64,000 nt of DNA, from NCBI GenBank assembly GCA_000004985.1, contig GG738880.1. One strand, written 5' to 3'. The stretch is from Naegleria gruberi. Its lineage: Eukaryota. Made by a program: the position numbers and the translations under genes. Shown one piece after another: positions 32,395 through 43,397 of the stretch; positions within the stretch are counted from its first letter, which is position 1, and each line of letters begins with the position of its first letter. The notes beneath the pieces were generated by a model that searched no databases, had not been told where the DNA came from, and saw nothing but the letters and a program-made list of their open reading frames with translations.

Positions 32395-33883
32395 TTGACT
32401 GAAAATTCAAAGGCTTGTGAGGTTTTCACCTCGTTGCGTTCTGACTGTAAGAGGAACCGAGTTGCTCATGATAACAGAGTTGTAAAGAGTGATCCAGCAA
32501 GGATTATTGGTTCATCCATTGTGTTGCTCTGCAAGTATGTTGATGAGTATATCAATGTTGCTTATGGAACTTTAAAGTCTCTACCAGTGGCTGGGTGTGA
32601 GACTGTTCAGGTTGAAATCAAAGATTGTCTCAAACATCAAAATCTATTCACCGATACCATTATGAATGCAGGATCAATTATCGATTATCCATGGTCGCTA
32701 CTGTCCAAGGACAAGACAGAGGAAGGTATTAATATTAATAACCTATTATTAAGTAATCCCCCACCATCTAGAAGAAGTATTACTCCTGTAAACAATCTAT
32801 TGGTGTTTAGTACCCCTAATGTAGATAGTACTGCTAATACTTCTCTTGGTTCTTCAGGTGTTGATTTGACTCCCTCTGTTGGTTTGGATAGTGCTCTTAA
32901 TTCTTCCTCTTACTTCTTCCTCTGCTACTAGTGCTGCTATTGTTGATTTGAATAGTGTTGCTGAACTACCACCTCCTCCTACTCCTCCTCCTACTATTTC
33001 TGTTGATTTGAATAGTACTGGTGGTACTGTTAATCCTACCTCCTCTGCTGTTAGTGTTGTTGTTGCTACTCCTGTTGTTGGTTTGGGTAGTAGTACTCTT
33101 CCTACTGATTCTTTTGTTGGAAATTTGAACAGTAATACTACTATGGTTGAGTCTACTCCTTTCGTTAGAGGTAATGATAAATCAAACGAGTTGGGTGATC
33201 CTTCAACTACTATTGATGATGGTCCAATTGTTGTTGAAGAGCCTACTTCTTTGAGTAGTGCTCATTTGCATATTGTTACTGCTCTCTTTCAGGGTACTGA
33301 CATCTATGTGCCAACCTCCAGCAAGCCATACTGGGCATTCAGAGCAGTAGAAGCAAAACGATTAATTGATAACAATTTTGCATTAGCCCAACATAATGCC
33401 TACTTGGAAAAACAAGTTAAAGAAGATTCAATCTTTCAAGACAGTATTACCAAACTTGTGGAAGCAAAAAACGCTTCTAGAAAAAACACTTCACCAATAG
33501 TTACAACAGTTGATCTAATGTTTGATGGTATGACTAGAACTGTTTCCCATGAAGAATTCGAAAAGTTCAAAAATAGTAGCAAAATTAATGAAACAATTGA
33601 TCAAGTGATGCAATGGTTTGATTTGGTTGAGGATGATTTGAAATCCAAGAAGAAGGAATTTGATACCTTTCTATTACAGTACAAGGGATGTAAAATGGCA
33701 GATAGTACCATCAGAAATAGAGTTCCCTATGCTAGAAAGAGGGATGCTGCATTGGCATCTTCTTCCACAGGCACTTCCGAACCACCCAAAAAGGCCAGAA
33801 AAAAGTCACCAAACTCTGCCTCTAGTTCTTCTGATGATGGTGGTGATGCACATTCACCTGCAAGTAATGCTCCTCATCAATAG
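32395..33883 (+). CDS. Hypothetical S/T/P-rich protein with VDLNS-type internal repeats. It is 5'-truncated by the gap and carries a +1 frame change near 32905..32930, so it may be a sequencing error or a pseudogene.
   Basis: Two overlapping ORFs (frames 1 and 2) switch inside a tcttcctct/tacttcttcctct micro-repeat. No GT..AG intron of suitable length exists there. The ORF is open up to the N gap, and its 'start' is a TTG. Confidence 0.4.
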
Positions 33884-34272
33884 AATCATCTCTTGGGTAC
33901 TCAGAGATCAACAATGGGTGTGATGGTGGCTGTTGTTGTTCAATTTTTTTTATGATTGATTCTCCCACTGAATTGATGGGAGATTTGTCATTAATCCATC
34001 ACCACACCAACAATCATCACGATGATAATAAACATTCAACTTTGTACCAAATTCAACAAGTGCACTTTGCTTTTTTATTATGAATTTCTACACAGTCTTA
34101 CTGTTAAGATCTTGGTCGCTCAAATTTGATGAAAAAACTTTGCAAAAAATTGATTTTTTCATCAATTTTTTTCATCAATTTCATTTTTTCCTTCATTTTT
34201 TCCATTGTTCAGTTTTTCACTCAGTCACGCTACTGAATGCCTCTACTGAAAAAATTAAAATCGCCATTCGGG

Positions 34273-35493
34273 TTTTTTCATACCAAATTTTAAAGCCATT
34301 TTCTGTTATGTTAAGAGGAAGAGCCATTTAGGTTGATATGAATGAGTGAGGAATTGATTTGGTGGATATGGATTGACTTGAAAATGGTTCTGTTTCGAAT
34401 AATAAACGAATTGAAAAAGAGTAAACTTTATTGAGTGAATGAGAAATATTAAATAGGCAAGGAATGAAGAATCCTTGATCATTTGAATCCTAACACTTGT
34501 TGGACAATTGCATGAATTGATATAGAAACTGATCCATAGTACAATTACCACCTTAATCAAATTAGTGACTCTAGTCTCTAGAATATTTGAATGGCTGGTT
34601 CAAGGCGATGCAATTCCAATGGAAGTTGCGTAAAAAGCACAATCGGAATCGAGATCACAACATGTTGGAAACCATTTTTGAATGCAAGCTAAATTTGTTT
34701 GTATTGTAAACGGAATTACAAAATTTTAATTTTAAAATTTCCAAAAAAGTTTCCTCGGAATTTGAGATACAGGACTATAAATTCAATCACAACACTCTAA
34801 TCCTTATTTTACACAACAAAAAAAACAAATAATACACAATCACTACTGCAAAACAAGCAACAACTGAAAATGAGCTCCAACAATCATCACAATAATAAGC
34901 AATTGGCCAGACAACACAGAACCAATAATTGGGTTGATACTTTCTTTGATGATCCATTCTTGAGAGCATTTGATAGATTTGATGATAGATTAGTTCCTGA
35001 ATTTAAACCAACCACTGATGTTTCTGAAACTGCAAATGAAGTTAAAATTGTTTGTAATGTTCCTGGTATGACAAAGGATGATTTAAAGATTGATATTGAT
35101 GAAGAGCATAGAACCATGACTGTCAGTGGTCATGTTGAAAAGGAAAAGAAGGAAGATAATGAAAGATATCACTGTGTTGAAAGATCACATGGTTCTTTCA
35201 GTAGAACTGTCTATTTACCACCAAATGCTGATTTTGATAAGGTCAAGGCAGCTTTGGAACATGGTGTTTTGAGAGTTACTATTCCAAAAGTAGTTGAAGA
35301 ACCAAAGAAAAAGACCAGATCAATTGATATTCAATAATTGTTACTATTTTGTAAATAAATTTTTTGTAAAAATACGACCAATAAATTCTTTAAATTAATC
35401 TCTTTATTGTAAATTACGTTTACTTGGACTAGTTGGTGGTCGAACATCAACATCTTCGGCCAAGCTACTGCTTTGAAATAATCCAAATGATTT
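34273..35493. repeat. Copy 2 of the duplicated block, continuous with the intact ankyrin gene downstream
   Basis: See copy 1. Here the block runs without a break into the 35404..37650 gene. Confidence 0.85.
34870..35337 (+). CDS. Small heat-shock protein (Hsp20/alpha-crystallin), copy 2
   Basis: The protein is identical to copy 1. The CDS differs by a silent ACT/ACC change, and the leader also differs. Confidence 0.9.
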   Translation: MSSNNHHNNKQLARQHRTNNWVDTFFDDPFLRAFDRFDDRLVPEFKPTTDVSETANEVKIVCNVPGMTKDDLKIDIDEEHRTMTVSGHVEKEKKEDNERYHCVERSHGSFSRTVYLPPNADFDKVKAALEHGVLRVTIPKVVEEPKKKTRSIDIQ

Positions 35494-37650
35494 ACGAAGA
35501 GAAAAACCAGAACTTGACATTGAACGAGCAGTTCTTGTGTGAATTTGACTCGGTGAGTGAAGTGGATTCGAGTAGAAATCGTCAAAATTGCGTTTTGATT
35601 TGTTACCTGTTGGAGAGCAAACTCTGAAATGTTGAGGAAACTTTTCAAAGTAATCAGTCTCATTACACAACAAATCAAAAGTAGATGAGGGAGTGGTTGG
35701 TGGGTTTGTCGTGTTAGAATTCTTAGAAGGAGAAGCTGGTGTGGAGTGTGGAGAATTAGGTAAAGGATGCAGAGATACTAATCCAGTTGAAATTAAATTG
35801 AAAATAATCTTTTGGAACGTATCCTTCTCTCCTCTAACACCAAGAATGTGAATGGAGGAAGTGCTTGTAGAACTTTGGTTGGCAGAATCAAGAGATTGAA
35901 CAGGCATCTCTTTGGCTTCTTTTTTACAATGCTTAGCGAGTGCAAAAGCAGCATAGAAAATTGGAGGTCTATTCTTGGTATCGGCAGAATTCAAAACTTT
36001 GAGAGAGGTTGGTGTGTTTGGAATGAGGTTCTGAATTTGAATTATTGGAGTGTTAAATGAGGGAGATGAGGGCGGTGATTTAATTAGAATAGAATTGTAT
36101 GAATCTCCATTCCTTGGTTGTTTGATAGTGATTGGAATGGAAGTAGTGGTTGTGGCACATGAAATTGAAGTCAGAGGAGAAGGAGGAGAGGTAATCTTGT
36201 TTTGTTCTTTTTGAGGAATGGCATTTGAGCACATTAATATAATTGTTTCTACAACATTGATTGAACCTTGTTTGCATGCCAAGTGTAAAGGGGTGAGACC
36301 AGTATTGTCTTTCATCATTAATTGCTCCATATAAAATTCTGTATCAAACATGAGAGCAATCAATCTGAAAAAGTCTGCACAATCATGGACTGCAGCAATA
36401 TGAAGAGTGGTTCTCTTCATTGAGTCAATTGGGGCATGATTACTACCAGATGAGTTTTGAGATGAAATCTCTGCCATCAGCAAGTACATCAAGCATACTT
36501 GCTTTTCAGCTGGTGTTTTGGATACTGTTGATCGATATTCCTTGATGGCTAACATGAGTGGTGTCAAACCATTTTCTTCCTTTGCTTGAATAAGAACTTT
36601 TCCATGAGCACTCAATCTTAATTCCATATTGGAAGTGTCTCCAGTTAATATTGAACTAGTTTCTTGCTCTGGTGACATTGATGTACAGCACATATCTTGC
36701 AAACATTCTCTGTACATTAATTCATCCAAATCATGATCTGATTCATCAACTTCTTCTGTTTTTGACTTTTTCTTATTTCTCTCTTTGATTAATTCATTTC
36801 TTTCCAGGAGTAAAAGTTTCATTCCTTCAATATCATAGTTGGAAGCAGCTAAATGCAGTAAACTTCTGGAATTTGTCGACTTCTTCGTCCGTATTGAATT
36901 AGTTGGCAATATTCCCAACAAGAACCTCACAACCTCAAGTCTACCATTTTGCATTGCTAATAAGAGAGGAGTATTTCCAAAGATATCCCTACTATCCAAG
37001 CTCTCTTTTGCTTGGGAGAAGAGTAAATTGACAACTAAAACATTACCACTAGCAGCTGCATAATGGAATGGTGTGGCCAGAGAAGCATCTACACAATATT
37101 TGTCTACATCACTCCTCAGCAGTAGCTCCCTCGTAATGCAAATGTGTCCATAAGCACATGCCTTATGTAGAGCAGTTGCCCTCCTCTCATCTCTCACATT
37201 GATATCGAAAAAGTTGAAATCCTTGTTGTTGAAATCTTGTTCATGACTATTCCCAAGTTTTTTATCGAGAACATCTATTAATTGTTTGAATAATAGCAAA
37301 TCTCCATTAGTACACGAATATAAGAAGAGGTGTTTCCATTCATAACCACTCAATTCGGAATACTCATTCTCTTGTGGTTTTCTTGTTTTTTGTTTTTTAG
37401 GTTGCTGATTCTGGTTTGATGTTGTTGTTTCATCAGTGTTAGTATTAGTGGTGATTGAAGTAGTTATTATTGTTGAATTTGCTGTATTTGATGAAGTGGA
37501 AACGTCCACAGTTTCGTCTAGATTTGTTTCGTCTGATGAGGCATTGAATACATTATTTTCTTCATAAAGTAAAAGTGAAGGAGATGTATTAGACATTGTT
37601 ACCCCACTACTACTGAGTACTATTGTTGAAATGGACAAGTCTGACAACAT
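35404..37650 (-). CDS. Ankyrin-repeat protein with S/T-rich N- and C-terminal regions
   Basis: 748 aa. It has at least five ANK repeats, including ATALHKACAYGHICITRELL, TPFHYAAASGNVLVVNLL, GNTPLLLAMQNGRLEVVRFLL and LTPLHLACKQGSINVVETI. Confidence 0.75.
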   Translation of the reverse strand: MLSDLSISTIVLSSSGVTMSNTSPSLLLYEENNVFNASSDETNLDETVDVSTSSNTANSTIITTSITTNTNTDETTTSNQNQQPKKQKTRKPQENEYSELSGYEWKHLFLYSCTNGDLLLFKQLIDVLDKKLGNSHEQDFNNKDFNFFDINVRDERRATALHKACAYGHICITRELLLRSDVDKYCVDASLATPFHYAAASGNVLVVNLLFSQAKESLDSRDIFGNTPLLLAMQNGRLEVVRFLLGILPTNSIRTKKSTNSRSLLHLAASNYDIEGMKLLLLERNELIKERNKKKSKTEEVDESDHDLDELMYRECLQDMCCTSMSPEQETSSILTGDTSNMELRLSAHGKVLIQAKEENGLTPLMLAIKEYRSTVSKTPAEKQVCLMYLLMAEISSQNSSGSNHAPIDSMKRTTLHIAAVHDCADFFRLIALMFDTEFYMEQLMMKDNTGLTPLHLACKQGSINVVETIILMCSNAIPQKEQNKITSPPSPLTSISCATTTTSIPITIKQPRNGDSYNSILIKSPPSSPSFNTPIIQIQNLIPNTPTSLKVLNSADTKNRPPIFYAAFALAKHCKKEAKEMPVQSLDSANQSSTSTSSIHILGVRGEKDTFQKIIFNLISTGLVSLHPLPNSPHSTPASPSKNSNTTNPPTTPSSTFDLLCNETDYFEKFPQHFRVCSPTGNKSKRNFDDFYSNPLHSPSQIHTRTARSMSSSGFSLRKSFGLFQSSSLAEDVDVRPPTSPSKRNLQ

Positions 37651-38454
37651 ATTGACTGAGACAATTGGCAGGCTTGTTTAATGTTTTATAAAACGGCAGC
37701 AGGGTGAATGCAATGTAATTTCTTTTTTGTTGGGCAAACGTTCTGTTTTGAGCAGAGCCGCCAACACGTAACATATTTTTGGCATAGACAAGTGACACAA
37801 AGCTTTTTAGAGAGATTGAGGTGCATTCCTTCCATGTTGATGCTGTGCCAACAATATTGGCGCCTTTTTAATTTACAGAGATGTCATTCAAAGAGGCCAC
37901 AACCCTTCACAAGATGAACAATTGTTTGGTGATTATCTCCTTCCAATAATATATTTTTACAAGTAAAATGACTTACTGTTTAAGACATTCGCATATTTTG
38001 CTAGATATCGACATGTTGATGTATTATTTAGAGTATTAAATGTTATAAATCTGGACTAATGTGTCAACATGCAAAAATTATGAAATGACTTAATTGTTGC
38101 CGGCAGGACGAAAACAGAACCAAAACAGAGCCATTGCCATAATTTCATGTTCATGGACCAATATGTTTCTAGATGGTTCGAGTTTAATAATTGATGTTAT
38201 TCTTAGCATTTGTTAACATTTTACAATTTTGTAACTTGATTCTAACAATGATTTGAATTTGTGTTTAAATCAACTAGCCATGTTCTCCAGTTCACTAGAA
38301 GTGATTAAGAATCTCTTATAGGAATAGTTTATTTTGAACATAATCTTTTAATAAACTAATGTTCAGATAACAGACCAATGAAAGTCATTGACTATGAACT
38401 GGTTATATTGTAAAAGTAATCCATTTTATTGTCTATTTTTCAACACCAAAAAAA

Positions 38455-40044
38455 ATGAACAATTCACTTCTCCAACCCATCTCAAGTGATATTTGGAAAC
38501 ATCAGATATTTCCCTATCATTGTTATGCTGATTATATTTCATTGAAGAGGACATGTAGATTTTTGTATAAATTAATTATGAACAGTTCCGATTCTAAAAG
38601 ATTGGAAGGGTTTTTAAAATTTTGTAGATTGATGCATCGGACTGATCATGATGAATATTTGTTCACTTATTTGGAGCCTATTAATGTGATGCCATTCTCT
38701 TGTAGAACTTCGAATACTCTTCCTGATTATTCTTCGCCAACAACTACTCCTACAACAAGAGTATTTCCTAATTTCTCAACTTATTATTTAAATTGGGAAG
38801 AATTTGAATATTTAATTGCTGTAATTCCTCATCATGAGCTGAGAAGGATATGGGATAAATTTATAGTTAGTCCTGTATTTAGAGGAAGATTGATAATATC
38901 TGAAGTTGACCGAGATGGGATTAGTGAAACAATTGTTAACAAAATATTGTTAAATGCTATTAAACAAGATCCTAGAAAGTTCAACTCAATCTCTAAATGG
39001 ATTTCATGTACTTTACCCAACTTGTTATGTCAAATATCAGACATGCAAGAGCTGATGTTTCAGTTGATTTTAGATGGCGCACCAATAGCATTGCTCTCTG
39101 ATCGACTCAGACACAACAAGGAATTTATAATAGAATTATTGAGGTACTGTAATATACCATTGAATGAATTGGAGGAACAATTTCAGTACGATGTTGATGT
39201 AGTTCTCCAATCAGTCTCCAATGATCCCAATAATTATACATTCTTATCCAATTCAATTAAATCAGAAAGATCAGTGACCATACAAATGATTAATAATGCA
39301 TACAAGATTAAGGACTTTACCAATTCCAATAAGACTTTTGTTAGAATATTCGAAAAATATATACCTATGGTATTTAGAAACGATAGGGAAATTATGGAAC
39401 TTTCACTCAGACAAGATTCCTCCATCATGCCTCTCGTATCGGATGCATTGAAGAATAATAAGGAATTTGTTGTGAATGCATTGAAAATTTCCACCACATG
39501 CTTTCCTCACATTTCCTTAGAATTAAGAAGTGATCCAGAAGTTTGTCTATTAGCACTGAGAAACTCAAATTCCAAAACCATGATCATGACACATATGAAT
39601 TGTCTTCTCCTCTACGACGAAGATTTTATGAGAGAAATAGTATCTATTGATGGCATGTTACTTTCATATGCACCAAGTGCAGAAATCATACAGAATCGAG
39701 ATGTTGTTTTAATTGCAGTAAAACAGAATGGATTCGCCCTCCAACATGCAGATAAATCATTGAGGAATGATGAGGAAATAGTGAGAGAGGCCATTATGCA
39801 GGACGGAGAAACAATCATGTTTGCTTCGGAAAGATTGCGAGACAATTTTGAACTAATGGCTGTAGCAGTAACTAAATCAAAAGTTGCCCTTCTCTATGCA
39901 AGTGAACGCCTCAAATCAGATGAAAATCTAGTTTCAATTTCAGTCTACAGTCACCCCAGTAGTTTAAAATTTGCCTCTGCACAGCTATTACAGAATAGCC
40001 AATTCATAGAGCATTTGATTAGAAATGGTGTGACTAACTATTGA
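38455..40044 (+). CDS. F-box-like N-terminus plus DUF4116-type repeats (hypothetical)
   Basis: The C-terminal half is built from ~35-aa repeats such as DVVLIAVKQNGFALQHADKSLRNDEEIVREAIMQDGETIMFASERLRDNFELMAVAV. They match the DUF4116 pattern AVKQNG.ALQYAS..L..D.E.V. Confidence 0.5.
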   Translation: MNNSLLQPISSDIWKHQIFPYHCYADYISLKRTCRFLYKLIMNSSDSKRLEGFLKFCRLMHRTDHDEYLFTYLEPINVMPFSCRTSNTLPDYSSPTTTPTTRVFPNFSTYYLNWEEFEYLIAVIPHHELRRIWDKFIVSPVFRGRLIISEVDRDGISETIVNKILLNAIKQDPRKFNSISKWISCTLPNLLCQISDMQELMFQLILDGAPIALLSDRLRHNKEFIIELLRYCNIPLNELEEQFQYDVDVVLQSVSNDPNNYTFLSNSIKSERSVTIQMINNAYKIKDFTNSNKTFVRIFEKYIPMVFRNDREIMELSLRQDSSIMPLVSDALKNNKEFVVNALKISTTCFPHISLELRSDPEVCLLALRNSNSKTMIMTHMNCLLLYDEDFMREIVSIDGMLLSYAPSAEIIQNRDVVLIAVKQNGFALQHADKSLRNDEEIVREAIMQDGETIMFASERLRDNFELMAVAVTKSKVALLYASERLKSDENLVSISVYSHPSSLKFASAQLLQNSQFIEHLIRNGVTNY

Positions 40045-41302
40045 GTGAGACTCACTAGGTATTGCGTTATAGAACTCTATTCATTGCACCAACAACAAAC
40101 ACAACAGTGTGGTTGCATTCTTAGGTTATCCTTCTAATGAGGCGGTGAGTATTCCTCTATCAACTACAGCGAACATCCATGAACAAACTACAGTACCCCT
40201 TAATTACTATTGTATTTCGCAAAAAGGAACGCTTTCAAAAAGTCCATCAATAACAGAGATTTTCCTTTTATTATAATAATACAATGCAGTACGGCAGAGA
40301 TGTTGTCTAAATCGGAGTCAATTTGTGTTTATGGTGTTTGTTGCTGCCAAATGCGTTTTGAGATCATGAAACCTCATTTCAGACAGTGGACGATTTAAGT
40401 GTAGCCACCAGGTAAACAACACTAAAGTTTCTCTTCATGGCAGGTAAGCTTGACCAATTGGTGTAATAGCCTTCGATTTTCAAATTTTTCACTAAGTTCC
40501 TCAATCAACACCAGTTAAAACCCTTATTCAAACCAGCGATGATAGTGCGGAACAATTACATCCATCTTCATTGCCATTTAGAAACGATTCGTGATTGGAT
40601 TGAAGAGAACGAAATGGACAGTAATCAGGTTACATTGCAATAATTTATTGTACGTCTTTGTAGTAACGATAACACATTGATAGATGATCTTATTATTCGG
40701 TGATGATTAATTTGAATGAATAATTGTTGTAACAGATAACAAGTGTTGTTTCCAGTTGCGAAGGTGCCGTGACTATGCCCAAAACAATTCGAATGGAAAG
40801 ATAAAGTTGAATTTTTGACCAAATTTTGGCATTTTATCCGCTCGCATCCTTTTTGATTTGGGATAATTCCACCACCATTCACTTAAGGTCAGAGCACAAA
40901 TGGGTTTATGTTATTAATAAGGCATCACCGAGGACATACTCACAACCTTCTCTCTTCACAACTGCATCTATTGCACTAATCTACAACCAGGTAACAACTA
41001 GGTAACAAACACTAAAAACACTAGTAAACTATGATGAACCACTTTAGAAAAAGGAAACACTACCAACAAAAAATCACAACTAGAAGCAGCCATCAATCTT
41101 TTCGCTACTATCACACTATTTGAAATACAATAGATCCAAATAACCAGGTTACCTCCATCCATTTTCTCAATACTCATTGGTTGTTGTTTGTCCTTACCCC
41201 TCTTTGTTTGAGAAAAAAGAAAATCACCAACACAACCTCCCACCCCTTTGAATGCTTCTTTAATGCATTTAACCACTAATTCATAACATTATCATCATCA
41301 TC

Positions 41303-43333
41303 ATGTCTACATTTGAAAATACATCCAACTCTTCTACTAATATATCTGGTCAGTCAAAGAAGAGTGTATCCTCACCGACATCATCTGCTGATCAATCTCT
41401 TCGTGTTGGTACAACCACAGCAAGTAAATCACAACATGAAGAGTTTGTCCAACATCCACCACATGTACAACAAAGTTATTCTTCAACCACATCTGTAGCA
41501 TCACACCATGAAGCCATGTCTACCAATAATACACATGCATATAAAAGCATGTCTCCTTCCTATGCAAGTCCAGTCCATCATGTTGGTCCTATTGCCACTA
41601 GTACTATTACTACTAACTATCAAAATAGCTCCACAACCGATAGTTCTCAACAAGGAGCAATAAGCAACCATCGTTTATCCAATCATAGAAACTCTCCGCC
41701 AACAAGTGCATCCTTCATTTCCAGAGGCCAAACTTTTGTCCAACAAGAAAATGAATCAAACCACTTTAATAACAACACAACAAAAACATCCAACAACCAA
41801 CACGTTCCTTCTTCATATCCATTGCATCATCAACATTCTAGCATGGTGAATGGTAACAGTGTTGGTGGAAACGGTACTACGACAAATCATTCTAACAACA
41901 ATATGGCAAGCATTCATCACCACGATCAAGACAAGATTGCATATCATTCAAATCAAAGTATGAATAGTACTAATGCATCATACAGTATGAACACTAATTC
42001 ATTTGATAACATGGGTTCGAGATCAATTTCACATTCATCAAATAATGCATCTATACATGATAAAAATCTATTACCTTCTCTTCATATATTGATGGATCCT
42101 CCTACTTCAACCTCACCAAGTAATCCAATTCCACATAGTAATAACTCTCGTGTCTATGCACCTCCTAGCAGTAATCCTAATAATGGTCACATGCGTCAAT
42201 CTTCATCAAATAATTTACAACAATCAAATTATAATATGAATCATCAACCCCCAATCACACCAATTCCTTATTCACAACATGTGAATGATTATCCTCCAAC
42301 TAATCATGTTCCTCCTCCATACATTAACAAGGCTTCACATCACATAGACATGTTTTCAAATCCACCAAATAATAATATCATTAAATCCTCACCATCATCA
42401 TCTAACATGGATACAATGTATGCACCTCGTCCTATCAGGAGTAGGAGTAATACAAGTGGTCCTAATAATGCATCATTTAATTCTCCTCAATCATCCTCTG
42501 TTAATAATCATCATCAAAATACTGACAGTACTGTTTACTCATTTGAACAACCAGCCAAAATTAAAAAGAAGAAAGCCCTTCCTTCTTCTAACGACGATTC
42601 GAATGATGCAGATAAAAAGAATTGGAAAAAGAAGAGATTATTTAGTATTGATGAAGTGACAGATCTTGTTGCATTTGTAAAACAACGTTCCGAGAATCAA
42701 GAATTAACACGTGATGTTAATTATGCTATATTTAAGGAATATGAGAAATTACAAGATGAAAGAAGAAGAGCAAGTGTTTATAGAAAGAAATATGTGCAAT
42801 TATTTGAAAGACATTTGATTTCAAAAGACGGCACAATTGACCCTTCACTCTTCCAAGAATATGATCAAAGAACATCTTCTACTTCTAAATCTAAAGGCTC
42901 ACATCCAGAAGATGCTCAAGAAAAGAGAAAATTCTCTGATGTTGAAGAGGATTCTAGCTCTGAGGGAAGTAATATTGAAGAAGAAAAGAAAACAAAAAAG
43001 CTTAAGAGAGAATACTCTGATGAGGAAGATGAAGAAATAGAGAATGCATCCCCATCTGAGGAAAAGAAAAAGAATATGAATATTTGTGTATCATATAAGG
43101 GAAAGAATTATTTACATTCTATAGAGAAGCAAATTCTCCAAAATTCAGATTCAATCCACAATTATTTCAACCAATTGGCAGTCTCTTCATTGTGTTACAA
43201 CAGCGATACAGAACTCATTAGAAGCGAGTCTATTGAATACTTTGACTATTCATTTGGTGAATTCATTCAAATCAATTCATTTTCCATTACTAGGGTTCTC
43301 AAAAGCAGTCCTGTAAAATTGAGAATAAACTAA
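41303..43333 (+). CDS. Hypothetical S/N/H-rich low-complexity protein with a conserved-looking basic C-terminal region
   Basis: 676-aa ORF with a strongly biased N-terminal 400 aa. The C-terminus is KKNWKKKRLFSIDEVTDLVAFVKQRSENQELTRDVNYAIFKEYEKL.... Confidence 0.45.
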   Translation: MSTFENTSNSSTNISGQSKKSVSSPTSSADQSLRVGTTTASKSQHEEFVQHPPHVQQSYSSTTSVASHHEAMSTNNTHAYKSMSPSYASPVHHVGPIATSTITTNYQNSSTTDSSQQGAISNHRLSNHRNSPPTSASFISRGQTFVQQENESNHFNNNTTKTSNNQHVPSSYPLHHQHSSMVNGNSVGGNGTTTNHSNNNMASIHHHDQDKIAYHSNQSMNSTNASYSMNTNSFDNMGSRSISHSSNNASIHDKNLLPSLHILMDPPTSTSPSNPIPHSNNSRVYAPPSSNPNNGHMRQSSSNNLQQSNYNMNHQPPITPIPYSQHVNDYPPTNHVPPPYINKASHHIDMFSNPPNNNIIKSSPSSSNMDTMYAPRPIRSRSNTSGPNNASFNSPQSSSVNNHHQNTDSTVYSFEQPAKIKKKKALPSSNDDSNDADKKNWKKKRLFSIDEVTDLVAFVKQRSENQELTRDVNYAIFKEYEKLQDERRRASVYRKKYVQLFERHLISKDGTIDPSLFQEYDQRTSSTSKSKGSHPEDAQEKRKFSDVEEDSSSEGSNIEEEKKTKKLKREYSDEEDEEIENASPSEEKKKNMNICVSYKGKNYLHSIEKQILQNSDSIHNYFNQLAVSSLCYNSDTELIRSESIEYFDYSFGEFIQINSFSITRVLKSSPVKLRIN

Positions 43334-43397
43334 AATTGTATCCTAATTTACTTTTTTAGAATATGATGAACAATTTAAAATATTTTCTCTAGTTAGC

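Noticed and set aside
32177-32410. ORF containing X residues spanning the N gap, and its counterpart at 35331..35678
   Set aside because: It is an artefact of translating through the assembly gap. The counterpart lies antisense to the C-terminus of the ankyrin gene.
40045-41302. 1.26-kb intergenic region with the ORF 40998..41276 and recurring ccaggtaa motifs
   Set aside because: The ORF is short and has no features. The motif repeats are too short and too degenerate to call a repeat family.
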